Translations under genes and position numbers: made by a program | DNA from: a virus | Lineage: Duplodnaviria > Caudoviricetes | Reading direction: 5' to 3' (one strand) | Virus record (IMG/VR): IMGVR_UViG_3300048854_000267 | Span: 1-48,860 of that record | Length of the DNA stretch: 48,860 nucleotides | The notes under the pieces: generated by a model | Seen by the model: the letters and a program-made list of their open reading frames with translations, nothing else | The model's database searches: none | Told to the model about the DNA's origin: nothing | In this document: piece after piece, positions 1 to 8,331 of the stretch | How the letters are laid out: the number at the start of each line of letters is the position of its first letter | How positions within the stretch are numbered: position 1 is the first letter of the stretch

Positions 1-525
1 ATGTTTGATCGTGCATCATTTGAATCGGGTTTCAACGGTCGTATCAAAATCTTGGCTAAGGCTGAGAAGTTGACGAAAGAAGGCTTGCGTGATTTGTCTC
101 GTGAGTTGCTGTCCATCACGCAGGAAACGGAAGACATTGGCTATGTCAATCGCACTCTCGAAGTGCTGAGTCCTGCCAATCGTCGTGTATGTATTTTGTT
201 CTTCAAGGAATTCAGTGGGTTCTTGTTCTCGGACGAAAGCAACACGTTCGTCAAGAAGGATAAGAAGCGTTACGAAGCCATCAAAGCGAAGGCTATGGAG
301 TTCTTGGATGATCCGCATAACAACGTGTGGACGTGGCAGGAACGTAACGTAGACATGGAGGCAAAGCCTTTCGACTTGTCCAAGGTGACAGCCTTCGCAA
401 CGAATGCGCTGAAGAAGGCAGAGAAGGAGGGTATTTCTCAGGTGGACGTATTGAATGCGTTCTTTGCTGCTGGCTTTAAGCCTGAAGCATTGGTTGCACT
501 GATGGACAAAATGACGGCTGCATAA
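1..525 (+). CDS. hypothetical early protein (174 aa)
   Basis: Long ORF co-oriented with the early arm; stop overlaps next ATG (TAATG); no recognised motif. Confidence 0.8.
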   Translation: MFDRASFESGFNGRIKILAKAEKLTKEGLRDLSRELLSITQETEDIGYVNRTLEVLSPANRRVCILFFKEFSGFLFSDESNTFVKKDKKRYEAIKAKAMEFLDDPHNNVWTWQERNVDMEAKPFDLSKVTAFATNALKKAEKEGISQVDVLNAFFAAGFKPEALVALMDKMTAA

Positions 526-587
526 TGAGCTATATGGATTGGTTGTATTGGATGGATAACACACAGCCATACACAACGGCTGTGTAA
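525..587 (+). CDS. possible 20-aa peptide MSYMDWLYWMDNTQPYTTAV
   Basis: ATG overlaps upstream TAA; very short, and its 3' half is a hairpin (561-585). Confidence 0.3.
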   Translation: MSYMDWLYWMDNTQPYTTAV

Positions 588-631
588 CGCTATCATCGTT
601 TTCTATTTTCATTTTAGACAAAGGAATTGAC

Positions 632-775
632 ATGCATAACGCACTCGCTCAGGCACTGATTAAAGCTGGCTTCGCAAAGCAGGAAGATAAGCGGGGTAAG
701 TTCAAGGAAGGAACCAGCATGAAGCTGTCGTATCGAACGTATCAGGCGCTTAAGGCACAAGGTATCGTTGAATAA
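632..775 (+). CDS. small basic early protein (47 aa, MHNALAQALIKAG...)
   Basis: Read manually; AAGGA RBS at 621-625; below the ORF-track cutoff. Confidence 0.7.
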   Translation: MHNALAQALIKAGFAKQEDKRGKFKEGTSMKLSYRTYQALKAQGIVE

Positions 776-818
776 ACACGTCTGTACACTTGACACTTTG
801 TAACTGTTCATCTATCCT
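774..818 (+). promoter_or_regulatory. sigma70-type promoter TTGACA-N17-TATCCT embedded in repeated element CACGTC-N9-GACACTTTGTAAC (copy 1)
   Basis: TTGACA 790-795, TATCCT 813-818; the 13-mer core recurs at 4139, 5291 and 48197. Confidence 0.75.
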
Positions 819-856
819 GGGGTTGTTAGCGACAAAACCACAACACGGGGTACATC

Positions 857-1084
857 ATGGCAGGTTTTCAAGGTCACAAGAACTACAGCTACTGGAACGT
901 GCATTACTGGCTGAATAACGATGACAACCTGAATGTCCGCACAAGAGAAGCAATCCGTTCCTTGCGTGATAAGGATAAGGCTGCTCGTTATCTGCTAGAG
1001 CAATTTCCTCCTGCAACACCTGACATGGTGAGGTTCACATTCCGCAACATACGAGAGGCAATCAAAGAGTTCGATGTTGTGTAA
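857..1084 (+). CDS. hypothetical early protein (75 aa)
   Basis: ORF between the promoter at 790 and the terminator at 1102; GGGG RBS. Confidence 0.75.
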   Translation: MAGFQGHKNYSYWNVHYWLNNDDNLNVRTREAIRSLRDKDKAARYLLEQFPPATPDMVRFTFRNIREAIKEFDVV

Positions 1085-1101
1085 CATCCCGCACTAAAGA
1101 C

Positions 1102-1137
1102 AGGCTGCATTGAGAAATCAATGTGGCCTTTTTCTTT
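1102..1137 (+). terminator. rho-independent terminator
   Basis: AGGCTGCATTGA-GAAA-TCAATGTGGCCT stem-loop followed by a T-rich tract. Confidence 0.85.
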
Positions 1138-1180
1138 CCCTGTTTAATAGTTTAAAGCTATCATCAAAAATGGATTAATA

Positions 1181-1357
1181 GTGATTAGCGCAGTGTTTGA
1201 ACACGAACAAGGATACAAGTTCGAAGAACGCTATGGAGACAAAGACAGTTTCCGTAGGGCATTAAAACGCAAACATGCAACGTTCTTGCATGCTGTTGAT
1301 TATGTTGCTGGGATTGCAATACGTCCCTCTAACCTTTGGGGATATCTGAGAACATGA
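1181..1357 (+). CDS. small hypothetical protein (58 aa, GTG start)
   Basis: Read manually; open frame MISAVFEHEQGYKF...; ATGA overlap with next ORF. Confidence 0.55.
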   Translation: MISAVFEHEQGYKFEERYGDKDSFRRALKRKHATFLHAVDYVAGIAIRPSNLWGYLRT

Positions 1358-1446
1358 CTCAATGGTATTTGATGTACCTGAAGTACAAAGCAACGCATAA
1401 AGGAACAACCATCAGTTACAAAGAGTGGTTGGATTGTAGGAAGTAA
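1354..1446 (+). CDS. small hypothetical peptide (30 aa, MTQWYLMYLKYK...)
   Basis: ATGA-coupled to the upstream ORF. Confidence 0.45.
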   Translation: MTQWYLMYLKYKATHKGTTISYKEWLDCRK

Positions 1447-1633
1447 TAACTAGATTCTCATAAGCACGTTGACGTTTGAGTCAGTTCCCCCTTAGTCCCC
1501 CATAGATCGAGGACAAGGAGGGTGTGCGAATTCTCATGAAGTATCGAGTTGTCGCCAGTTCCCCACAAGGTTTCCCTTGCACATCTAATTACAGATGTGC
1601 GGTATCAATTTATACATTCTTCGGAGTAGGTTT

Positions 1634-3145
1634 ATGAACATTCGTGATATTCAAGTTGGCATGCGTCTTATCTTCGGTCAAGAGAAGCTTCGTATGACCA
1701 AGGGGAAGGCATATGAAGTGGTTGCAATCAAGGATGAACGGCAAGGCGAATTTGGTATTGCCGAAGTGCGGGACGACATTGGAGTAAAGCGTGGCTTCTA
1801 TGCTCGTCGTTTCGAACGTATTGCAGAAGAGGCTGCTCCTGCGCTCAATCTTCGAGTTGGTGATATCGTCTATTGGGCAGCTAATCGTGGTGCTGATTAC
1901 GAAGTTCTTGATGTTCGTTTCCAAAATGACAGGAACGAAGTGAATGTGAAGGTGGTTGGCGAAGGTAACTTCGCACTCGGCTGGTGGAATGAGAAAGACT
2001 TCAATCTGGTTAGGCGTGCAAATGCAGAACCACAAGCTATCATCAAGCTCGAAGTTGGCAACCACGTAAAGGTTGTCAAGAAGCAGGAAGGCGGAAAGGC
2101 AAATCTTCGCTGGGACGCAGCGATGGATGCAACAATCGGCAAGGTGTACAAGATCGAAGCGTATTTCGAACGTGCCAATAGCTACCAACTTTCAAATGGC
2201 TGGAGCTATCTGACCGAATCTCTCGAACTCGCAAAAGAAGAGGATATCAAGGTGGCAAAGAAAGCTGTGAAGAAGTTTCCTGATTTGCGCAGCTTGATTG
2301 CACACAGCCGCAAGGAAGATATCAAAGACGTTGGTGGTGTATCAAGCTATGTTGTGTTCGTTAAGAATATGGACACTGGTGAGATTACGCTGAACAAACA
2401 TCTTCGTGATGTGTGTCATGCTCGCTTGTCCGTGTATTACCCGGATCGGAAAGTGAACAAAGAAGCTGTCGCTGTGATTGATTACCAGCAAGAGCATTAC
2501 AAGCAAGTTGAAGTACGTGCTGGAAAGGAATTCATTCCGAGCTACAAGAAGTTTGTTGATTACATCGTCAATCGTTCACCTTGGGCTGTTGCATTCCAAG
2601 GTAAGACAGTGAAGAACGTGCTGGAGAATGGCGTTCTGATGAACGTAGAAGCTCCCAGTGGGGCTGTTGCAGGTGCATGCCAAGCTCTACGTTATCTGTC
2701 CGAGTTCGCCTATAAGAACGAAATCTGGAAGCTTCTGATGGACAACGGAATTCAGGAAGATGCAGCATTCCTGACAACGTATGCACTCAACAAAGAAGAA
2801 AATGGTACGTTCACCAAGAATCCGATGGGTGGGGGGCATCAGCCCATCAATGGGGCAATCTCTGCTGGTTCGCTGATTTCGTTCTTTGCCAATGGCTACA
2901 ACGAAGCGTTCCTCAAGAGCGAGCCGTATCGAACTTGTACCAGCTACGTTGTCCACAGGCATGTTGAAGAAGTTAAAGATGTGTTGCATCTTCCGAATGC
3001 ATACAACACGTACGTATCAGCTAACGTGGAATGGACGAAGAAGAAAGAAGGTTGGGCTGAAGTGAAATTTGCAACTGAAGAACAAGTGCTGGCATTTGCT
3101 CGTCATCTGGAACAACAAATCATCAAGGCAAAGGAAGCGAAGTAA
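1634..3145 (+). CDS. hypothetical protein with three N-terminal SH3/KOW-like repeats; first gene of the amide-ligase cluster
   Basis: ATG 1634 has GGAGTAGGT RBS (preferred over 1595); repeated 'VG(D/M/N)x(V/L)...G..Y(E/K)(V/I)' modules; TAATG-coupled to the GATase. Confidence 0.8.
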   Translation: MNIRDIQVGMRLIFGQEKLRMTKGKAYEVVAIKDERQGEFGIAEVRDDIGVKRGFYARRFERIAEEAAPALNLRVGDIVYWAANRGADYEVLDVRFQNDRNEVNVKVVGEGNFALGWWNEKDFNLVRRANAEPQAIIKLEVGNHVKVVKKQEGGKANLRWDAAMDATIGKVYKIEAYFERANSYQLSNGWSYLTESLELAKEEDIKVAKKAVKKFPDLRSLIAHSRKEDIKDVGGVSSYVVFVKNMDTGEITLNKHLRDVCHARLSVYYPDRKVNKEAVAVIDYQQEHYKQVEVRAGKEFIPSYKKFVDYIVNRSPWAVAFQGKTVKNVLENGVLMNVEAPSGAVAGACQALRYLSEFAYKNEIWKLLMDNGIQEDAAFLTTYALNKEENGTFTKNPMGGGHQPINGAISAGSLISFFANGYNEAFLKSEPYRTCTSYVVHRHVEEVKDVLHLPNAYNTYVSANVEWTKKKEGWAEVKFATEEQVLAFARHLEQQIIKAKEAK

Positions 3146-3768
3146 TGAAATACGTCTACATCATCAACGGCAATGCGCAATATCGAGCCTTGTTCGAAGA
3201 ACTTGGCTATGAAATCGCTGATGAGTTGCCCCTTGCAGATTTGGTGGTATTCACTGGCGGGGCAGATGTGTCTCCTGAGTTGTACTGGGATAAGAAGCAC
3301 CAGTACACAGGCAATGACATTGCACGAGATATGTTCGAAATGCGCATGTTCGACAAGGCTAAGGATTTGGCTATTCCTATGGTGGGCATCTGCCGTGGTG
3401 GTCAATTCTTGAACGTAATGAACGGTGGACGTATGTACCAGCATGTTGAGAAGCATGCGATTCACGGTACACATGAGATTGTGGATATGGAAACTGGTGA
3501 ACACATCCAAGTGACATCCACACATCATCAAATGTTTATGCCTGCCGACAACGCTATCATCGTTGCAATTGCTACGCTGGGTGGTGAACGTGAATGGTAT
3601 GACGGTGAAGTGTTCAAGCGTGATGTGAGCAACACCGATTACGAAGTGCTGTATTACAAGGACACCAACAGCTTGTGTTTTCAGCCTCATCCTGAATTCA
3701 ATGGCGAAGGGTATGAAGGAATGAAATCCTATTTCGCTGGTCTACTCAACAAATATCTCGGAGTCTGA
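3145..3768 (+). CDS. class I glutamine amidotransferase / peptidase C26 (PuuD-like gamma-glutamyl hydrolase family)
   Basis: FTGGADV, nucleophile elbow GICRGGQ, STHHQ, and QPHPE completing the Cys-His-Glu triad. Confidence 0.92.
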   Translation: MKYVYIINGNAQYRALFEELGYEIADELPLADLVVFTGGADVSPELYWDKKHQYTGNDIARDMFEMRMFDKAKDLAIPMVGICRGGQFLNVMNGGRMYQHVEKHAIHGTHEIVDMETGEHIQVTSTHHQMFMPADNAIIVAIATLGGEREWYDGEVFKRDVSNTDYEVLYYKDTNSLCFQPHPEFNGEGYEGMKSYFAGLLNKYLGV

Positions 3769-3769
3769 C

Positions 3770-4114
3770 ATGTGGGAAAAGATTTTGGCTCGATTGGGCA
3801 TCCATAGCTACGAAGTGTTCGGGAATGAAGATCATCTTCCGTGCTACATCAACCGTGCAACTGTGCGAGACAGCATTGAGAAGATTGCAGACATTCGAGA
3901 CTACATCGAAGGTTGTAAAGAGCACAAGGCAAACCGTATCAGCACGTTGCTATTCAGTGTGACAGAGCAAGACAAGTGGCACAAGAAGTGGCTGAAGGTT
4001 GCAGAAGAAGAAGGGCATGTTGTAATAGAAGGCGCAAGCATCCACGGTGATTACAAGTGTTGGTCCATCATCGTCAAGAATGACAAGTTTCAAGGAATGG
4101 CGTACTACCGCTAA
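3770..4114 (+). CDS. hypothetical protein (114 aa)
   Basis: GGAG RBS; tightly packed in the operon. Confidence 0.8.
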   Translation: MWEKILARLGIHSYEVFGNEDHLPCYINRATVRDSIEKIADIRDYIEGCKEHKANRISTLLFSVTEQDKWHKKWLKVAEEEGHVVIEGASIHGDYKCWSIIVKNDKFQGMAYYR

Positions 4115-4123
4115 GGGATTTGT

Positions 4124-4151
4124 CACGTCCATACGTCTGACACTTTGTAAC
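4124..4151 (+). repeat. repeated intergenic element CACGTC-N9-GACACTTTGTAAC (copy 2)
   Basis: Exact 13-mer core at 4139-4151, abutting the AGGAG RBS. Confidence 0.85.
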
Positions 4152-4161
4152 AGGAGAAGAA

Positions 4162-4887
4162 ATGAAAGTAGCCATCATCACTTACGTGGCAAAGGAGAGT
4201 AGCAGGACGCTTGCTAAGGCGATGGCTGCTTCTCTCAAGATACAGGTTGATGTATTTGATGCAAGCGAGTTCTACGGGACTCCTGACTTCAAACGATACG
4301 ACTATGTATTTGCATATGGCTGTAGCGCGTCTACAAGCCACAGGAAGCGCTTGAACAAGCGTGCTAATACCTTGGCATGCATTGACAAGGTGGAGACGTT
4401 CAAGAGGCTAGAAAAGGCTGGAGTGAATATCCCTTCTTGGACAAAGAATTGGAGTACAGCTACAGGAGCATGTTGGCCTACGACTGTTGTCCGCACATCG
4501 AGGACCGGACGTAAGGCCGAAGGGTTGGAATTGATTGACTACCCGGATGAATTGCCCAAGGGTGAATTGTTTACTGAGTACTTCTACCACAAGCGGGAGT
4601 ATCGGATCGTTGTGTTCAACGGTGAGGTGGTTGGTCGGTATTACAAGAAGCGCACGATTAAGAACGGCGAAGGCTGGCACGATTTCAAGCTACAACCGGC
4701 TCGTGGATTTGAGTTGATGGACGATCATTGCCTACGTGCTGCGAAGGCGTTAGGGATTGATTACGTAGGTTTTGACGTGGTTGCGAACACCAAGAAAGAC
4801 TTCAAGGTGTTGGAAGCTAACAGTGGACCAATCATTACTGATGAAGCTAAGGCAGCTATCATCAAATTTTTCAAGGGCAAGAAATGA
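4162..4887 (+). CDS. ATP-grasp amide ligase (RimK-like) no. 1
   Basis: DK..F..L...GV..P, REYRIVVF, GFDVV...LEANSGP motifs. Confidence 0.88.
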   Translation: MKVAIITYVAKESSRTLAKAMAASLKIQVDVFDASEFYGTPDFKRYDYVFAYGCSASTSHRKRLNKRANTLACIDKVETFKRLEKAGVNIPSWTKNWSTATGACWPTTVVRTSRTGRKAEGLELIDYPDELPKGELFTEYFYHKREYRIVVFNGEVVGRYYKKRTIKNGEGWHDFKLQPARGFELMDDHCLRAAKALGIDYVGFDVVANTKKDFKVLEANSGPIITDEAKAAIIKFFKGKK

Positions 4888-5270
4888 AGAAAACCATTAG
4901 TGCGGTTTTGTTTGCATGTGCTGCTGTGGCAATGTCCGGGTGCGATATCCAAGACAGCAAGGTTGCTTCACAAAACTTGAGTCAAGACGCTGACAACTTC
5001 AAGGTTGGTCGTCACATCAGCTTCATCAATACCCGCACTGACAATCGAATCATGGAGATTGTTGGTCTGTGTAGCATTGAATCAGGCACAAGCAGTAGCT
5101 CCATCGCCGTGATTTGCAAGGATGGCGGTGGCTACAAAAAGAACATTGTGGCTCTGTCTCAAGATGTGACGTATGTAGTAGAGCAGTTGGATTACAAAGA
5201 CGTGTCCACCGCTCAATTCAAACTTGTCATCAAACCTTCTTCGCTGATTCCCGCAATCGAACTGCGTTGA
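4884..5270 (+). CDS. lipoprotein (128 aa)
   Basis: MKK + hydrophobic stretch + lipobox MSG-C. Confidence 0.85.
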   Translation: MKKTISAVLFACAAVAMSGCDIQDSKVASQNLSQDADNFKVGRHISFINTRTDNRIMEIVGLCSIESGTSSSSIAVICKDGGGYKKNIVALSQDVTYVVEQLDYKDVSTAQFKLVIKPSSLIPAIELR

Positions 5271-5272
5271 TT

Positions 5273-5304
5273 AAACACGTCTGTACTCCAGACACTTTGT
5301 AACT
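5273..5304 (+). repeat. repeated intergenic element (copy 3)
   Basis: AAACACGTCTGTACTCCAGACACTTTGTAACT; 29/32 identical to 774-805. Confidence 0.9.
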
Positions 5305-5319
5305 CTCATAAGGATTGAT

Positions 5320-6684
5320 ATGTGCGGCATCGTAGGTATGGCAGGTGAGTTGGACGGTAAGACAGACAAAGTACTCAAGCAATTGTTGATTTTTGACAGC
5401 GTTCGTGGAGAGGATTCAACTGGTGTTGCTTCTGTTGGTCGTCACAATGACGAAGTGATTGTGGCTAAACAGCTTGGCAATCCTTTTGAACTGTTCGAAC
5501 ATCGTCTGTACCCGAAAGCGATTGCACAGAGTCAGAATCGTGTGGTGATTGGTCACAATCGCTATGCAACGGTTGGTGGTGTTAGCCGCGCAACAGCCCA
5601 TCCGTTTGAATTCAATACGCTAGTTGGTGTACATAACGGAACACTGTCCAACAAGCATGTCTTGGACAATCCGGGTGATTTCAAGGTGGACTCCGAGAAC
5701 CTGTATCACCACATCGAACGCAATGGTTTGGATGCAGCAATCAAAATCATTCGTGGTGCTTGGGCACTCGTTTGGTGGGACAAGGAAGAAGATACTCTCA
5801 ACTTCCTTCGTAATAAGGAACGTACGCTGTACTACACAGTGAACGAAGCAGGCAATCAATTGTTTTGGGCATCTGAAGCTTGGATGCTAGACATTGCTCT
5901 CGGTCGTAACGATGTGAAGCATAAAGGTATTGAAATCTTTGAAGAAGATTTTCTTCACTCTATTCCTATCCCCCGAGGTGGGAAGCTGGGAAAGCCGGTG
6001 CTACGAAAAATCGTAAACGACCCAGCCCCCGTGGTAGTGCAGCAAAGAAGCGTTTACGACAATCGAAGCTCTTTTCCGAAGGGGACGAGTTGTGCTGGTA
6101 CGTATGAGTCGTCCCCTACCACGAATGTTGTAAAGCTGGAGAAGCCTGCTGATGCAAAAGTAGACCCACGCAGCAAGGTTGATGCGAAGTTCATGCAGGC
6201 AAAAAAAACGGTTTTGGAAGCAGTAGTGGTGGTGAAGGAAAAGACTGGAGCAGAGTACGTGCTTTGCTTCTCTCCTGATCATCCGTTCTACGAAGTACGT
6301 CTCTATGTCCACAGCAAGCATGCAGTACAGCAAGACATTGGCTGTGAGTTCGAAGGGGATATCAGTGGCTTCGTTCAGACAGAGAGCGAAGGTGTTGGGT
6401 ACTACAAAGTAAGTCCTCATGGCATCGTCATCACAGCAACAGCCGATGCGAATGCCTGCCAAGCAGTTGGAACAGTTGGTGAATACCTCTCCCATGATGG
6501 CAAGTACCTTGGTAAAGCCGATTGGGAAAAGGCATACGGCCAATGTGCATTCTGTTCCGAAGATATCCAAGCAGACGACATGCTAGACAAAGGCGCACGA
6601 CTCACCAAGGCTGGTGATGCTCTGTGTGGTGGCTGCATGTCCGATCCTGAAATTGCTCAATACGTAAATACGGTGAACGTGTAA
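5320..6684 (+). CDS. class II (Ntn) glutamine amidotransferase with C-terminal Zn-finger
   Basis: MCGIVG N-terminal Cys, RG.DSTG, GHNRYAT, HPF, HNG, DSE; C-terminal CAFC...CGGC. Confidence 0.93.
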   Translation: MCGIVGMAGELDGKTDKVLKQLLIFDSVRGEDSTGVASVGRHNDEVIVAKQLGNPFELFEHRLYPKAIAQSQNRVVIGHNRYATVGGVSRATAHPFEFNTLVGVHNGTLSNKHVLDNPGDFKVDSENLYHHIERNGLDAAIKIIRGAWALVWWDKEEDTLNFLRNKERTLYYTVNEAGNQLFWASEAWMLDIALGRNDVKHKGIEIFEEDFLHSIPIPRGGKLGKPVLRKIVNDPAPVVVQQRSVYDNRSSFPKGTSCAGTYESSPTTNVVKLEKPADAKVDPRSKVDAKFMQAKKTVLEAVVVVKEKTGAEYVLCFSPDHPFYEVRLYVHSKHAVQQDIGCEFEGDISGFVQTESEGVGYYKVSPHGIVITATADANACQAVGTVGEYLSHDGKYLGKADWEKAYGQCAFCSEDIQADDMLDKGARLTKAGDALCGGCMSDPEIAQYVNTVNV

Positions 6685-6935
6685 TGAAGCTATTTGTTCT
6701 TATCAGTGATGGCGGTGATGGAAGTTACTACCCACAATATTGTACAGATCAAGCTGTAATAGATCGTCTCCGGCAAGCATTCGATGCAGACCTGATGGAT
6801 TACGAGAATGGCTTGGGCTGTGATGGCGACGGTTTTCATTACGACACAATCAACGTACAAGACACTTGGGTTCAAGATAATCCGCAAGAGCATTTGATTA
6901 CGATGAAATACGCAAATTCATTCTTTGAAAATTAA
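6684..6935 (+). CDS. acidic hypothetical protein (83 aa)
   Basis: TAATG-coupled ORF. Confidence 0.75.
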   Translation: MKLFVLISDGGDGSYYPQYCTDQAVIDRLRQAFDADLMDYENGLGCDGDGFHYDTINVQDTWVQDNPQEHLITMKYANSFFEN

Positions 6936-6949
6936 TTAAGGAGTTTTAA

Positions 6950-7738
6950 ATGGCTAAGATTCTCGTTGGTTGCGATCCTGAAGTGTTTGTGAAGAAGGAT
7001 GGCGTTTTCAAGTCGGCACATGGTCTTATTGTTGGGAACAAAAAGAGTCCCCAAAAGATTCATCGTGGTGCTGTTCAAGTGGATGGCATGGCGTTGGAAT
7101 TCAATATTGACCCGGCTGCGAGCGAGGATGAATTCTGTCTCAATGTGCAAGACGTGTTCAATGCGATGTGTGCAATGGTTCCGGGTTATGAAGTGGTGGC
7201 AACTCCAGTGGCTCACTTCGATCCTGCATACATGAAACAACAACCGGAAGAAGCTTTGGAGCTTGGCTGTGATCCTGATTTCAATGCGTGGACTGGGATG
7301 GCTAATCCGCGTCCTGATGGTGAGCGTGCTTTCCGTACTGCTTCGGGCCATGTGCATATCGGTTGGACGAATGGGGTGGACGCCTCATCGGGAATTCATC
7401 TGGCGCAAGCTAATGCGGCTGTCAAGCAGATGGACTTCTATCTCGGCCTTCCGTCCTTGCTCTATGACCCGGATAGCGAGCGTCGTGAAATGTATGGCAA
7501 GGCTGGCGCATGCCGATACAAGCCTTACGGGGTGGAGTATCGCACTTTGTCGAATGCTTGGCTCAAGAGTGAGAAGCTAATGCGTTGGGTGTTCCGTGCT
7601 GTTCAGAAGGGCATGGAAGATTTGATGCAAGGTAAGGAGCTGGTTAAGACGTTTGGTGACGTGCAGGAAATCATCAACACGTCAAACGTCACAGAAGCGA
7701 AAGCTATCATCAAACATGCAAAACTGGAGATTGCTTAA
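6950..7738 (+). CDS. phiEco32-like COOH-NH2 ligase type 2 (glutamine-synthetase fold)
   Basis: GCDPEVF, QVDGMALEFN, GCDPDFNAW, GHVHIG, RR.MYGKAG..R.KPYGVEYRTLSN; AAGGAG RBS. Confidence 0.92.
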   Translation: MAKILVGCDPEVFVKKDGVFKSAHGLIVGNKKSPQKIHRGAVQVDGMALEFNIDPAASEDEFCLNVQDVFNAMCAMVPGYEVVATPVAHFDPAYMKQQPEEALELGCDPDFNAWTGMANPRPDGERAFRTASGHVHIGWTNGVDASSGIHLAQANAAVKQMDFYLGLPSLLYDPDSERREMYGKAGACRYKPYGVEYRTLSNAWLKSEKLMRWVFRAVQKGMEDLMQGKELVKTFGDVQEIINTSNVTEAKAIIKHAKLEIA

Positions 7739-8331
7739 TGCCGCATGAAATGACAATTCACGACATTGACCAGAAATTCTGTGGCTCTGTTGTGATGTTT
7801 CAAAAGAAGCCTGTGTTGTTCAAGAAGGTGTCTGGAGACTTCAGCGTTCGCATCTTCGATTTGATGGCACAGAAAGAAGAACAGGTGGAATTCGATATGA
7901 AGCAATTCCTTCCTCCTCCTTCTCGCGTTGGCTTCGTCAACATCAATGGCAGTGTTGTCTACGCTGTTCGTAATGCCATTCGTCGTTACAAGCTAGGCAT
8001 CTCTCGTGAGAACTTCAGCGTTCAAACGTTGGAGGTTCCGTATCCTGATGGCCGTTCTGACGGGTATGTACGGCTCGTGCAGGGCTTGGAACGTCGTGAG
8101 CTTGGGGAGGCACTACTGAGTAAGTATCCGACTCTCCAACAGGCTGTACGCCGTGTTAGTCAGTTTGAGGGAGCATGCGCATTCGATAAGCAATTCGCTA
8201 TCGATCATACACACGCTGTCTTTTACAAGACTAAGCGGGCAGGGCAGTTGATTAACGGTGTCATCAAGTTTGATGAAGGCAACGAACATCTTCAAATTCT
8301 TCTGAACAAGGGCTACGAGAAATCTGTATGA
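7738..8331 (+). CDS. hypothetical protein of the amide-ligase cluster (197 aa)
   Basis: Coupled to both flanking ligase genes. Confidence 0.82.
   Translation: MPHEMTIHDIDQKFCGSVVMFQKKPVLFKKVSGDFSVRIFDLMAQKEEQVEFDMKQFLPPPSRVGFVNINGSVVYAVRNAIRRYKLGISRENFSVQTLEVPYPDGRSDGYVRLVQGLERRELGEALLSKYPTLQQAVRRVSQFEGACAFDKQFAIDHTHAVFYKTKRAGQLINGVIKFDEGNEHLQILLNKGYEKSV

Noticed and set aside
561-585. 8-bp hairpin ACACAGCC/GGCTGTGT as a terminator
   Set aside because: The U-rich tract is more than 10 nt away and the loop is long; function uncertain
16-633. 205-aa minus-strand ORF and similar antisense ORFs across the + arm (e.g. 1610-2188, 3103-3690, 10192-10866)
   Set aside because: Shadow frames of well-supported + genes; no RBS or motifs
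792-830. Idea that TGTAAC in the early repeat is the -35 box of the phage-sigma promoter
   Set aside because: No RTAAATA 17-18 nt downstream in the copies checked, so the two motifs were kept separate
1447-1630. Possible tRNA or CRISPR mini-array in this gap (47810-48190 also checked)
   Set aside because: No cloverleaf or T-loop GTTCRA pattern; repeats too short and only two units
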